IMG/VR virus record: IMGVR_UViG_3300046115_000122
Span: 1-61,879 of that record
DNA length: 61,879 nucleotides
Strand: one strand, 5' to 3'
Source of the DNA: a virus
Taxonomy: Duplodnaviria > Caudoviricetes
The translations under genes were made by a program, and so were the position numbers. Positions 35,050 through 44,467 of this stretch are shown here, piece after piece; position 1 is the first letter of the stretch; every line of letters starts with the position of its first letter. The notes under the pieces were generated by a model, which was given only the letters and a program-made list of their open reading frames with translations, was not told where the DNA came from and made no database searches.

Positions 35050-36447
35050 GTGCGGCGCGTCGGCCGCTGGTACGTCGGCACGCGGCAGCTGCCGTCGCTC
35101 GACGCGGGCCCGCTTGCGACCGTGACACCCAGCGTCCAGTTCCCCGTTGGGCCGGATGCCTCCGCCCGCTTTCAGGTCGATGCGCGCGGGACGCCATTCC
35201 CCATCCTCGGGCGACACCTCAACCTGATCTTTAGTCTCTCGCCGACCGACTACGGCTTTGTCCTCGACGACACGCTGGCGAAGGGCTTCAACAGCATCTA
35301 CATCAAGGTGCCGATCACGCCCGGCAACGACAACGGCACGGGCCGCGATGCCGACGGCAATCTCCCCTTCGCCAAGCGGCTCGACGGGGCGACGTACACG
35401 GGCTCGTTCACGTTTAGCGACATCAACAACGAGGCCCCGGACTTCAACACGACCGCGGCGGCCGAGCCGTTCTGGCGCAACTTCGACCGCTTCCTGGCGG
35501 CGTGTCTCACGCGCGGCCTCCTCGTCTTCTGGCAGCCCGCCTACGTGGGCTTTCACAATACCGATTGGTGGATGGGCCTGGACAACATCCTGGTGGCCAA
35601 CGGCGCGGCGAAGCTGGAAGCGTACGGCGCCTGGGTGGCTGGTCGGTATCAGAACCAAAAGAATCTGGTCTGGATGCTCGGGGGCGACAAGGGCACGGAC
35701 GGCACGCCGTTCAGCAGCCCTGAAACCGCCGTGCTCACGGGCTTCCACACCGGACTCAAGAGTGTCGTGACGGCGTCCGCGCAGTACTCCGCGCTGTGGC
35801 TCCGCGATTCGATCGCCAAGGACCTCTTCGCGTCGGACATCACGCTGAACGGCACCTATGCCGCGGCGCTCCAGGTCAACAATCAAGGCGCCCGCGCGTG
35901 GGCGTTCTCTCCGACGACACCCGCCTACATGCAGGAGTGTCCGCTCGAGCCTGGATCTGGGATCGTTCGCCGGTTCATGGCATGGGGATGGCTCTCGAGT
36001 GTTGGCGGGTACATGTTCTTGAATGGGGATGTCGCCGCCTTTGTGCCGACCTACCTCGCGAACCTGAACACGCAGGGGACGCTCGATACCAAACGTCTCA
36101 ACGAGCTCATTCGGTCGATCCAGTGGTGGAAGCTCGCGCCGGACAACGCGGCCATCAGCGCCGGCGGCGGCACGGTGGATACCGAAACGCAGGTCGCGGT
36201 GGCCTCGTCGTTTGCGGCTGATGGCGGCTCGCTGCTCTTCGCCTACTGTCCTCCGTCGCACACGGGCACGCTGACGTTGACGATGTCGCGCATGCGCGGG
36301 CTGACGCGGGCGCGCTGGTGGGATCCGACGAACGGCGCCTATACGGACGATTCGTCCGGGCTCGCGAACAGCGGCACGCACGAGTTCACGAAGCCAGGCA
36401 CGAACGCGCTCGGGGACAACGACTGGCTGTTGAGGCTCGACGCCTAA
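35050..36447 (+). CDS. DUF4038/apiosidase-like glycoside hydrolase with C-terminal collagen-binding-like domain
   Basis: GTPF..LG, KGFN, YG.WV..RY..N.VW.LGGD; C-terminal ARWWDPTNG...PG.NA.G.NDWLL.L. Confidence 0.75.
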   Translation: MRRVGRWYVGTRQLPSLDAGPLATVTPSVQFPVGPDASARFQVDARGTPFPILGRHLNLIFSLSPTDYGFVLDDTLAKGFNSIYIKVPITPGNDNGTGRDADGNLPFAKRLDGATYTGSFTFSDINNEAPDFNTTAAAEPFWRNFDRFLAACLTRGLLVFWQPAYVGFHNTDWWMGLDNILVANGAAKLEAYGAWVAGRYQNQKNLVWMLGGDKGTDGTPFSSPETAVLTGFHTGLKSVVTASAQYSALWLRDSIAKDLFASDITLNGTYAAALQVNNQGARAWAFSPTTPAYMQECPLEPGSGIVRRFMAWGWLSSVGGYMFLNGDVAAFVPTYLANLNTQGTLDTKRLNELIRSIQWWKLAPDNAAISAGGGTVDTETQVAVASSFAADGGSLLFAYCPPSHTGTLTLTMSRMRGLTRARWWDPTNGAYTDDSSGLANSGTHEFTKPGTNALGDNDWLLRLDA

Positions 36448-37142
36448 TGGCGATCGCCTTCAATCCGCTGCTGAGCAATGAGGGAACACCAACAGCTGGC
36501 GTCATCGTCACCGCCTCGGCGGCGTTCGCGCTGGATGCGTTGAGTCTGATCTGGGTGACGTGTCGCGCGACGACCGATCCGTTCGGGGGCACGTTTTCCC
36601 TCTCGGGCGGTAGTCGGACCTGGGTAGAAGTCGGGCGCGAGGGCGATCCGAATCGTGTCGGCGTGCTCTTTCGATCGATGGGGTCGGGCTTCACGAGCGC
36701 GATTACGATCACTGGCCCAACCGACATGCTCAATGCGACGTGGTCGCTATCGGAAGCGACCGGCGTGATTACCGGGAACAACGGCGCGGACGCGATCACG
36801 GACGTTGCCGTCAACGGCGGCCAGTCCAATGTGAGTCAGCCCAACGTGACGATCGGCGGGACCCCCGCGGCTGGGGATGTCACCTTCGCGGCGTTGATGG
36901 TGGAGGACGCGCAGACCTACACGGAAGAGGGCGGCTGGACCACGGTCCACGAGTTGACGGGAACCCTCGAGACGGGTCACGGCGTGTACTACTCGACGGG
37001 ACAGGACCAGACATTCACGGTCACGGGCTACGACACCAGCTCGCGTGACTGGGGCGTTGTCGGGTGCATTTTGAAGGCGGCGGCGAGCGGCGGCGGATCG
37101 AAGCGCGGCGGGTCGCTGCTCTTGGGCGGTGTCGGTCACTAA
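36447..37142 (+). CDS. Probable virion beta-rich protein
   Basis: Coupled ORF, Thr/Gly-rich, ends LLLGGVG. Confidence 0.6.
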   Translation: MAIAFNPLLSNEGTPTAGVIVTASAAFALDALSLIWVTCRATTDPFGGTFSLSGGSRTWVEVGREGDPNRVGVLFRSMGSGFTSAITITGPTDMLNATWSLSEATGVITGNNGADAITDVAVNGGQSNVSQPNVTIGGTPAAGDVTFAALMVEDAQTYTEEGGWTTVHELTGTLETGHGVYYSTGQDQTFTVTGYDTSSRDWGVVGCILKAAASGGGSKRGGSLLLGGVGH

Positions 37143-37167
37143 CCACGGAAGTAAAGGAGTCAGGGAT

Positions 37168-37893
37168 ATGGATGTCACCATCAACAGTGGCCGCGGAACG
37201 GGTGCCAAACTTGGGGTCGACGCCGTCGTCGACGCGCTGCGTGGCGCCCTGCGGTCGAGCAATGCCCCTCTCGATCACACAACCCTCGACGGCAATTTGC
37301 TCGGGTTCTACCGGGCGACGGCTATCACGGGCGCCTCGGTCAGCATCGGTGCCGGCGGCATTCTGGCGTACCTGCGCTGGTCGGACCTCTCGCGCTACTT
37401 GGTGCTGATGCGCGTGGCGGCCTCGGTGGCCATCAGCGGGGCCATCACGGCCGTGACGGTCGCCGATCTGGGTGTCTTCCGCAGCCGGGGATCGACGGCG
37501 GCCGGATCGGGCGGCAACGCACTCACGCTCACGGGCGATAACGGCAAGATGCGCCAGAACATGGGGCCGACACTCGTCACCGATGCACGCGTCGGCACGA
37601 CAGGCGCGCTGACGCGACCGACCGGGGGTGTCGCGGATGCACACGCCATCGCGGCGAGTGCGTTCCCGTTGCTGTTCCCGGTGTCCGCGACCGGCACGGC
37701 GACGCTGGGCGCGGTCGGCATGGCGACGCCGATTCAGGATCTCTACAAGTGGGACGTCATGGCTTCGCATCCGGTCGTCATGGCGCCAGGCGCCGGTGAA
37801 ACCATCGAAGTGCAGGAGATCACGGCGGGCCCGACCACCGGCTCGCTGAAGTGGTACATCACGTTCGAGTGGGCCGAACTCGCTTACTTTTAG
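37168..37893 (+). CDS. Probable virion structural protein
   Basis: AAGGAG RBS; ends ITFEWAE. Confidence 0.6.
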   Translation: MDVTINSGRGTGAKLGVDAVVDALRGALRSSNAPLDHTTLDGNLLGFYRATAITGASVSIGAGGILAYLRWSDLSRYLVLMRVAASVAISGAITAVTVADLGVFRSRGSTAAGSGGNALTLTGDNGKMRQNMGPTLVTDARVGTTGALTRPTGGVADAHAIAASAFPLLFPVSATGTATLGAVGMATPIQDLYKWDVMASHPVVMAPGAGETIEVQEITAGPTTGSLKWYITFEWAELAYF

Positions 37894-37915
37894 CTAGAGT
37901 CTGAGGTCGTCCCGC

Positions 37916-39229
37916 ATGCTCCTCGACCTCCGGTCGCTTGTCGAAGGTACAGGCGGGACGACCTTCACGCTCGATTTGAGCGGGTCGGTCACCCCGGCGG
38001 GGACGCTCGTCCGCGACAGCACGCAGACGCTGAGCGGTGGCATCACCCCGACGGGCGCGCTGCTGAAAGACAGCAGCCGCACGCTGGCCGGATCGGTGAC
38101 GCCTGGTGGCGTGCTGGTGCGCCAGACCACCAAGAGCCTCGCGGGCGACCTCACGCCCAGTGGCGCGCTCACGCTGGTGCGGCTGATCCTCCAGTCGCTG
38201 TCCGGCACCCTGACGCCCGCCGGCGCGCTGGTGAAGTTCGTCACGAAACCGCTCAGCGGCGGCGTGACACCGACCGGGGCCCTGGTGAAGACGATCACGA
38301 ACACCGCGAGTGGCACGGTCACGCCGACCGGGTCGCTCGTGAAGCTGGTGGACAAGCTGCTGACAGGCAGCCTGACGCCGAGTGGCGTCCTGACGTCGAC
38401 GCGCGTCATCCTGCGAACGCTCACGGGCACGATCACGCCGAGTGGAACGCTGGTCAAGTTCATCACGAAAGCGCTGGCGGGCGGCGTGACCCCCACCGGC
38501 GCGCTCGCGAAGCAGGACCAGCGGCCGCTCGCGGGCACGGTCGCCTCGAGCGGCGCGCTCGTCAAGGCCGTCTCGAAGACGCTGACGGGAAGCATCACGC
38601 CGAGCGCGACCGTCACCCACATCAAGGTCCTACTGCGGACGTTGACGGGGACGATCACGCCGGCAGGCACGGTGGTCAAGGCGGTGTCGAAGTCGCTCGC
38701 GGGGACGATCACACCGAGCGCGACCGTCGTGAAGGCGGTGTCCAAGGCGCTCGTGGCCTCGATCACGCCGACGGGGGCGCTGATCAAGAGCATCGCGAAG
38801 GCGCTCGCCGGGTCACTGACGCCGACGGGGACGCTGACGAGCCTGCGGACGGTCGTGCGCTCGTTCAGCGGCACCGTCACGCCGACCGGGGCGCTGCAGA
38901 AGACGGCCCAGAAAGGCCTCAGCGGATCGGTCGCGCCGGTCGGCTCGACGCCGGTGAAGGCGGTGACGAAAGGCCTGGCCGGCGTGCTCGTGCCGAGCGG
39001 CGCGCTGCTGAAGGCCATCACGCGGACGCTGAGCGGCACGATCGCGCTCGCCGGCGTCGTCATCACCAGCGCGGGCCCGGCCATCGTGCCGGCCATCATT
39101 CACGCGTTTGGACGACTGAAGGGCCCGATCCTCGGACGCGGGCGACTCAAAGGCCCGATCCAGGGCCAGGGGCGCGTCAAGGGCCCGATTGAAGGACAGG
39201 GTCGTGTTGGTGGCGGCAGCGACGACTAG
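37916..39229 (+). CDS. Fibre-like tandem-repeat protein (about 20 repeats of 18-20 aa)
   Basis: LxGx(I/V/L)TPxGxLxK repeats; C-terminal GR(L/V)KGPIxG x3. Confidence 0.85.
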   Translation: MLLDLRSLVEGTGGTTFTLDLSGSVTPAGTLVRDSTQTLSGGITPTGALLKDSSRTLAGSVTPGGVLVRQTTKSLAGDLTPSGALTLVRLILQSLSGTLTPAGALVKFVTKPLSGGVTPTGALVKTITNTASGTVTPTGSLVKLVDKLLTGSLTPSGVLTSTRVILRTLTGTITPSGTLVKFITKALAGGVTPTGALAKQDQRPLAGTVASSGALVKAVSKTLTGSITPSATVTHIKVLLRTLTGTITPAGTVVKAVSKSLAGTITPSATVVKAVSKALVASITPTGALIKSIAKALAGSLTPTGTLTSLRTVVRSFSGTVTPTGALQKTAQKGLSGSVAPVGSTPVKAVTKGLAGVLVPSGALLKAITRTLSGTIALAGVVITSAGPAIVPAIIHAFGRLKGPILGRGRLKGPIQGQGRVKGPIEGQGRVGGGSDD

Positions 39230-39237
39230 GAGACACC

Positions 39238-39669
39238 GTGGCGATCGAAATCAACTACAGCACCGAGGACCACATTTTCCTCGGCACCAACAAGGTCTTC
39301 GACTACGAGATCTTCGAGGACGACGGCATCGACGAGGACCTCCCCGACGGCTCGCCGAACCCCGCCAAAACCATGGTGGACGCCACCACCATCGAGTTCG
39401 CGTGGGCGATGGCGAAGACGGAAAAGGGCACGCCCGTCGTGCTGAAACGCACCTCGCCCGCTGGCATCGGCATCACCGTCATCGGGATTTACAACGTCAG
39501 TCGCACCGTCAACACGCAACGCGTGCGCGTGACGATCGACGACGAAGACACCGACTTCCTCAAGGCGGCGACCTACTTTTACGGCTTGAAGCGCATGACC
39601 GACGGCGCAGAGGAAATTGTGACCTTCGGCACGATGCCCTGGCGGAAGAATCCAGCGCCGGCAGAGTAA
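39238..39669 (+). CDS. Adaptor-like structural protein (BppU N-terminal-like)
   Basis: RVRVTIDDEDT..L....YFY.LK..D......TFG pattern. Confidence 0.55.
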   Translation: MAIEINYSTEDHIFLGTNKVFDYEIFEDDGIDEDLPDGSPNPAKTMVDATTIEFAWAMAKTEKGTPVVLKRTSPAGIGITVIGIYNVSRTVNTQRVRVTIDDEDTDFLKAATYFYGLKRMTDGAEEIVTFGTMPWRKNPAPAE

Positions 39670-39707
39670 TTCCCTGCGTAGGAAATTCGCCGCGGGTCTG
39701 ATCATCG
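39669..39707 (+). repeat. 39-bp direct repeat, copy B
   Basis: ATTCCCTGCGTAGGAAATTCGCCGCGGGTCTGATCATCG, upstream of the scaffold gene. Confidence 0.95.
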
Positions 39708-39764
39708 TGACTCGACCGGCAACGGAGAGCCGTCGAGTCTCACCCGCACAGGACGCAGGACCTC

Positions 39765-40559
39765 ATGAAGCTCAAGTTTGCGCTCGCCAACAAAGGCGAG
39801 CTGGACGCGCTGGCTGAACCGCTGCGCGCCCTCTACGTCGAGAAGAACGGCCGCTGGCAGCTCGATCTTGACGGCGCCGTGGACGTCGCGGAGTTCGACA
39901 CGGTCAACACGAAACTGACCGAGTTCCGGGACACCAATATCCGGATCCTCAAGGAACGCGACGACCTGCAGACACGGTTCAAGGACGTCGACCCGGTGCT
40001 GTTCCAGACGCTGAAGGCAGAGAAAGACAAGCTGACGGCGCAGGGCATCACGAAGCCGGACGAGATCGCAACGATCGTAGCGACCGCCGTCGAGAAGGCG
40101 ACCAACCCGCTGAAGGATCAGATCACGGCCATCCAGACCGAGCGGAACACCGCGAAGCAGGAGCTGGCGAACCGGGATCGGGACGACAAGCTCTGGGCGA
40201 TCGGCCTGGCCGCCGGCGTGCGCGAGACGGCGAAGGATGACTTCCTGAATCGGGCCCAGCGCGTGTGGCAACGGAACGACAAGGGCGACCTCGTCGCGAT
40301 GAAGGGCGACACCCAGTTGTTCAGCAAGCAGCGCGGCAAGGTGACCGAGCCCCTGACACCGGAAGAGTGGGCGACGGAGTGGCTGATCGCTGAGGCCGAT
40401 CACCTCTACAAGAGTTCGGGCGGCGGCGGCGCGAACAATCAGAACCGCACGACCGGTGATGGGGCCAGGCTCATCGCCAACGACCCGGTCGCGATCGGCG
40501 AGAACCTGGAAGCGCTCGCCAAAGGCACGGCCAGAGTCAGCGGCACCGCAGCCGCATAG
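39765..40559 (+). CDS. Capsid scaffolding protein
   Basis: LYVEKNGRWQLDLDG, EFRDTNI, coiled coil, HLYKSSGGGGA; precedes the capsid gene. Confidence 0.8.
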   Translation: MKLKFALANKGELDALAEPLRALYVEKNGRWQLDLDGAVDVAEFDTVNTKLTEFRDTNIRILKERDDLQTRFKDVDPVLFQTLKAEKDKLTAQGITKPDEIATIVATAVEKATNPLKDQITAIQTERNTAKQELANRDRDDKLWAIGLAAGVRETAKDDFLNRAQRVWQRNDKGDLVAMKGDTQLFSKQRGKVTEPLTPEEWATEWLIAEADHLYKSSGGGGANNQNRTTGDGARLIANDPVAIGENLEALAKGTARVSGTAAA

Positions 40560-40570
40560 CAGATAGACCC

Positions 40571-40649
40571 GGGCGATCGCGGTGCGGTCGCCCAACCTTC
40601 AGTCGTGAAGACGGCCGCGCGGTGCGCGGATCGTCGGCCCCGGTGGGGC
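40571..40649 (+). promoter_or_regulatory. Three hairpins with identical CGGUG loops in the capsid leader
   Basis: GGGCGATCG-CGGTG-CGGTCGCCC; CCGCG-CGGTG-CGCGG; GCCC-CGGTG-GGGC. Confidence 0.75.
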
Positions 40650-40686
40650 TTCTCGTGAACCGATTTTTTCACAAGGAGTCTCCGCG

Positions 40687-41811
40687 GTGGCCAACACCCT
40701 CTCTCCCATTATCCCGAAGCTGCTCGCGCAGGGCCTGATGGCACTGCGCCAGATGGCGATCATGCCCCGGGTCGTGAATCGCGGCTACGAAGGCACGGCT
40801 GGCGAGAAGGGGTCCATGGTCGAAGTGCCGATCCCGTCCGCGATTGCCGCGCAGGCCGTGTCGCCGTCCAACACGCCGCCGACAACCGCCGACATCGCGC
40901 CGACCGTCGCGCAGGTGGCCCTCGACCAGTGGTATGAGGCGCCGTTCTACATGACGGACAAGGACTTCCTCGAAGTCGAGCGCGGCATCATCCCGATGCA
41001 GGCCTCCGAGGCCGTCAAGTCCCTCGCCAATATCGCCGACAACTACATCCTCGGCAAATACAAGGAAATATACGGGTTCGCCGGCACGCCGGGGACCACG
41101 CCGTTCGCGGCCGATGTCTCGGCCTACACCGCGGCGCGCACCGTGCTGAACAAGCAGCTGGCGCCGATGGAACCCCGGTTCGTGGTCCTCGGGCCCGACG
41201 CCGAAGGCAACGCGCTCGGCCTGCGCGCATTCCAGGACGCGTCGTTTACCGGCAACCTCGACGGCATCATCAACGGGCAGATCAACAACAAGCTGGGCGC
41301 CCGCTGGCTGATGGACCAGAACATCCCGACGCACACCGCCGGGACCGGCACGGGCTACCTCGTGAACAACGGTGCGGGCTATGCGATCGGCATCAAGACG
41401 ATTGCGGTCGACACCGGCACGGGCACCGTGCTGGCTGGCGACATCATCACGTTCTCAACGCACACGCAGACCTACACGGTCGTGTCGTCGGTCGGCGGTG
41501 GCACCGTCACCTCGATCACCTTCGAGCCCGGCCTGGTGGTCGCGGTCGCGGACAACGTCGCGCTGACGCTCAAGGCCAGCCACGTCGTGAACCTCGCCCT
41601 GCACCGTGACTCCATCGCGTTTGGGTCGCGGCCGTTCGCGGGCGCCGATCCGATGGGCATCGGCAACTTCCTCAGCGCGGTCGACCCCGTCTCAGGCCTG
41701 ACGCTGCGACTCGAGGTGACGCGCGAGCACAAGCGCACGCGCTTCTCCTACGACCTCCTCTTCGGCGCGAAGACCGTCCGGCCCGAGTTGGGCACGCGGA
41801 TCGCCGGATAG
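40687..41811 (+). CDS. Major capsid protein, P22 coat-like with inserted beta domain
   Basis: MANTL..VNRGY..KG..V.VP; MDQNIP.HT.G; AGDIITF; LHRD..AF; DLLFG.KT.RPEL..RI. Confidence 0.9.
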   Translation: MANTLSPIIPKLLAQGLMALRQMAIMPRVVNRGYEGTAGEKGSMVEVPIPSAIAAQAVSPSNTPPTTADIAPTVAQVALDQWYEAPFYMTDKDFLEVERGIIPMQASEAVKSLANIADNYILGKYKEIYGFAGTPGTTPFAADVSAYTAARTVLNKQLAPMEPRFVVLGPDAEGNALGLRAFQDASFTGNLDGIINGQINNKLGARWLMDQNIPTHTAGTGTGYLVNNGAGYAIGIKTIAVDTGTGTVLAGDIITFSTHTQTYTVVSSVGGGTVTSITFEPGLVVAVADNVALTLKASHVVNLALHRDSIAFGSRPFAGADPMGIGNFLSAVDPVSGLTLRLEVTREHKRTRFSYDLLFGAKTVRPELGTRIAG

Positions 41812-41823
41812 CGATACAGGCGT

Positions 41824-41846
41824 CGGGTGCGGCCGCGCCGCACCCG
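41824..41846 (+). terminator. GC-rich hairpin after the capsid gene
   Basis: CGGGTGCGGC-CGC-GCCGCACCCG; no U-tract. Confidence 0.4.
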
Positions 41847-41882
41847 CTCACCTGCCACGCGCATTTCTGAGAGGACAGACCG

Positions 41883-42176
41883 ATGATCCTGAGCCCCAAC
41901 ACCCAGATGAACGAGTCGAAGCTCGTGGAGGGTCAGCAGACGACCGTCGCCGCGAACGACATCGTCACCGCGCCCGGGCTGCGCACCGTCTCCCGCGTGG
42001 TCGCGACGCTCGAAGACGACCCGGTCGCGGGTTGCCAGTTCGTGACGGCGGTGCCCATCGCTGGCGGTAATACCTTCCGCATCAAGACCTGGAAGGCGAC
42101 CGCGACCGCGGACACCGCGCTGATCGCAGCCACGACCTTCGGCAAGAAGGTCAACTGGCTCGCGTTCGGCTCATAA
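41883..42176 (+). CDS. Probable head decoration protein
   Basis: GAGGA RBS; ends VNWLAFG. Confidence 0.6.
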   Translation: MILSPNTQMNESKLVEGQQTTVAANDIVTAPGLRTVSRVVATLEDDPVAGCQFVTAVPIAGGNTFRIKTWKATATADTALIAATTFGKKVNWLAFGS

Positions 42177-42193
42177 GCACGCAGCACGGAGGA

Positions 42194-42445
42194 GTGCAGG
42201 TGGAACTCAACGAGACGGTCGCGGTGAAGTCCGGGGACTCCTACGCCGTCATCCGCAAAGGTGATTTCGATCCAGCCGTCCACGAGCTGTACGTCGAGGC
42301 GTCGAGCCCGGGCCCGGGGTCGCCGACCGCCAGTGATCCCAGCTCTCCGTCTGGTCCTGCCACGGGCGACAAGGAGACCTCGGCTCCGGACTCGAAGCCT
42401 GCAGACGGCGCGGACCACAAGAAGTCGAAGGGCGGCAAGAAGTAG
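42194..42445 (+). CDS. Hypothetical protein
   Basis: GGAGGAG RBS; DFDPAVHELY plus low-complexity tail. Confidence 0.65.
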   Translation: MQVELNETVAVKSGDSYAVIRKGDFDPAVHELYVEASSPGPGSPTASDPSSPSGPATGDKETSAPDSKPADGADHKKSKGGKK

Positions 42446-42447
42446 CG

Positions 42448-42720
42448 ATGGACGGCGTCGGCAAGTATCGACGGCTCACCGCCACGGGCAACGTGCCGCC
42501 GCATCTCGACGGCGGGACGTGCTGGGGCGGGTATCTGACGCCAGGGGCCGCCACGGCGACCGTCACGCTGCGCGAGGGCGGCTCTGGCGGCACGGTCATC
42601 GCGGTGTTCTCGGCGCTGACGAGCGGAGACAGCGTGCCGATTCCGGGGCCGTTCCGGTTCGATGGTGTGCTGCACGCGACGTTGTCGGGGGCTGGCGCAG
42701 AAGTCGGGCTGCTGGTGTGA
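42448..42720 (+). CDS. Probable structural protein
   Basis: Beta-rich, in the head module. Confidence 0.6.
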   Translation: MDGVGKYRRLTATGNVPPHLDGGTCWGGYLTPGAATATVTLREGGSGGTVIAVFSALTSGDSVPIPGPFRFDGVLHATLSGAGAEVGLLV

Positions 42721-42726
42721 CCGCCG

Positions 42727-43251
42727 ATGGCGATCATCATCGACGCGACGCCGGCGGGACCGAACGCCAATAGCTACCTGACGCTGGCGGAGGCGAACGC
42801 CTACTACGCCGGGCACTCGCACCCGGAGCATTGGGACGACGCCGACGACGACGAAGCCAGGAATCGCGCGCTGGTGACGGCGACGCGGTTGCTGGACGAG
42901 CACCTGGAATACGACGGCTATGTCGCGACGGCGACGCAGCGATTGCTGTGGCCACGCGGCGGGCTGTTGGGGGTCACCGGCTACGCGCTGGAATCCGACG
43001 TGGTGCCGGAACGCGTGAAGCAGGCGACCGCGGAGTACGCGCGGTTCCTCCTGCAGTCGGACCGCACGGGTGAGCGCGACGATGAGCTCGACGCCATCGC
43101 CGAGTTGAAGGCGGGCCCGGTGGAGGTGAAGTTTCTCGAGAACGAGGCGAGTTCGCGGCGCACGGTGCCCGATGAAGTGCTGGCCATGCTCCGGTTGTGG
43201 ACGACGGCGCAGCCGGGCCGCGACGTCACCGCGAAGCTGCTGAGGACCTGA
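42727..43251 (+). CDS. Head-tail adaptor (DnaT-like family)
   Basis: ANSYLTLAEANAYY, ALV.AT..LD, Q.L.WPR, VP..VKQAT.E.A. Confidence 0.85.
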   Translation: MAIIIDATPAGPNANSYLTLAEANAYYAGHSHPEHWDDADDDEARNRALVTATRLLDEHLEYDGYVATATQRLLWPRGGLLGVTGYALESDVVPERVKQATAEYARFLLQSDRTGERDDELDAIAELKAGPVEVKFLENEASSRRTVPDEVLAMLRLWTTAQPGRDVTAKLLRT

Positions 43252-43649
43252 TGGGCCTGGATCGCCTGATACGGCTCGCGGTCAGCACGGCGAACGCGCA
43301 GACCGCAGACGTGCAAGGGAAGGTGACCTTCCAGCGGGTCAAGAAGAACCCGGACGGGTCGGTCAAGCAGGACGGGCGCGGCAACAAGGAATACGAGTCG
43401 GGCGTCCCCATCGACGCGTTCATCGAAGACGAGCAGCGGCCGATTCGCACCGAGGACGGCACGAAGCGCCAGGTGAACTCGAAGGTGACGTTCTTCACGT
43501 CCATGGAGGTCGACAGCGAAGACAAGATCACGCTGCCGAACGGGAAGAGTGGCCCGATTTTGCGCATCAAGGCACTGTTGGATAAAGCCGGCGACCCCTA
43601 CATGACTGAGGTCTGGCTGGGGACGAACGTCGGCGTGCGGCGGAGTTGA
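43251..43649 (+). CDS. Head closure protein
   Basis: Gene position; DKITLPNG motif. Confidence 0.7.
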   Translation: MGLDRLIRLAVSTANAQTADVQGKVTFQRVKKNPDGSVKQDGRGNKEYESGVPIDAFIEDEQRPIRTEDGTKRQVNSKVTFFTSMEVDSEDKITLPNGKSGPILRIKALLDKAGDPYMTEVWLGTNVGVRRS

Positions 43650-44044
43650 TGGCGAAGACGCGGATCCATTTCCGGGGCACGGCGCAAGTCGCAGCGAATC
43701 TCCGGACACTCGTCCGCGCGGTGCCCGCAGCGGTCGGGCGGGCCCTCCGCGAAGAGGCCGAGATCGAGATGACCGAGGCCAAAGAGCGGACGCCGGTCGA
43801 TACGGGCGCGCTCCGCGCGTCGGGCCACGTCGAGGGCCCCGACCACCAGGGCCGCGCGATCTCGGTCGACCTGAACTACGGCGGGCCGTCGGCGCCCTAC
43901 GCGGTGTACGTGCACGAGGACCTGGAAGCGCATCATCCCGTCGGCCAGGCGAAGTTCCTTGAGTCGACGCTGTTGGAGTCGGCGCCGCACCTGCCGCGAC
44001 GGATTGCGGCGCGCGTGTCGCGGTATCTCCAGAACGCGGTGTGA
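43649..44044 (+). CDS. HK97 gp10-like tail completion protein
   Basis: TPVDTGALRASG, APYAVYVHE, GQAKFLE. Confidence 0.85.
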   Translation: MAKTRIHFRGTAQVAANLRTLVRAVPAAVGRALREEAEIEMTEAKERTPVDTGALRASGHVEGPDHQGRAISVDLNYGGPSAPYAVYVHEDLEAHHPVGQAKFLESTLLESAPHLPRRIAARVSRYLQNAV

Positions 44045-44047
44045 CGC

Positions 44048-44449
44048 ATGAGTCTCACGCAGGAGGACCTGGTCACGCGGCTGACGGCCGCGGGCGTTGG
44101 AACGCTGGCGACCTCGCTGTTCACGGGGAGCGGCACACCGGCGCCGGATGGGGACGGGCCCTATACGTTCGTGATCGCGACGCCGGGCGAACGGCCGGTG
44201 GTGACGCACACGAAGGGTAAGACGGATTACACGCGGCCGCGGGCGCAGATCGTCACGAAGGCGCGCAACTCGGTCGTGGCGCTGAACAAGTGCACCGATG
44301 CGTGGGCCGCGCTCGACCTGACGAACGTGACCATCGGGACGACGCGCTACCTGAAGATTCGGCCCCTGCAGGAGCCGTTCGACATGGGCCGCGACGAGAA
44401 CGATTTGTATCGCTACGGCTTCAACGTGAGTATGGAACGCGCCGCATAG
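44048..44449 (+). CDS. Tail terminator
   Basis: P..QI..A, PF.MG.DEN...Y.FN; gene position. Confidence 0.75.
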   Translation: MSLTQEDLVTRLTAAGVGTLATSLFTGSGTPAPDGDGPYTFVIATPGERPVVTHTKGKTDYTRPRAQIVTKARNSVVALNKCTDAWAALDLTNVTIGTTRYLKIRPLQEPFDMGRDENDLYRYGFNVSMERAA

Positions 44450-44467
44450 GCGACACGGGAGCGACCA

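Noticed and set aside
31388-39707. 39-bp repeats as attL/attR or DGR template/variable repeats
   Set aside because: No integrase or reverse transcriptase is visible, and the single mismatch is G/C rather than adenine-specific.
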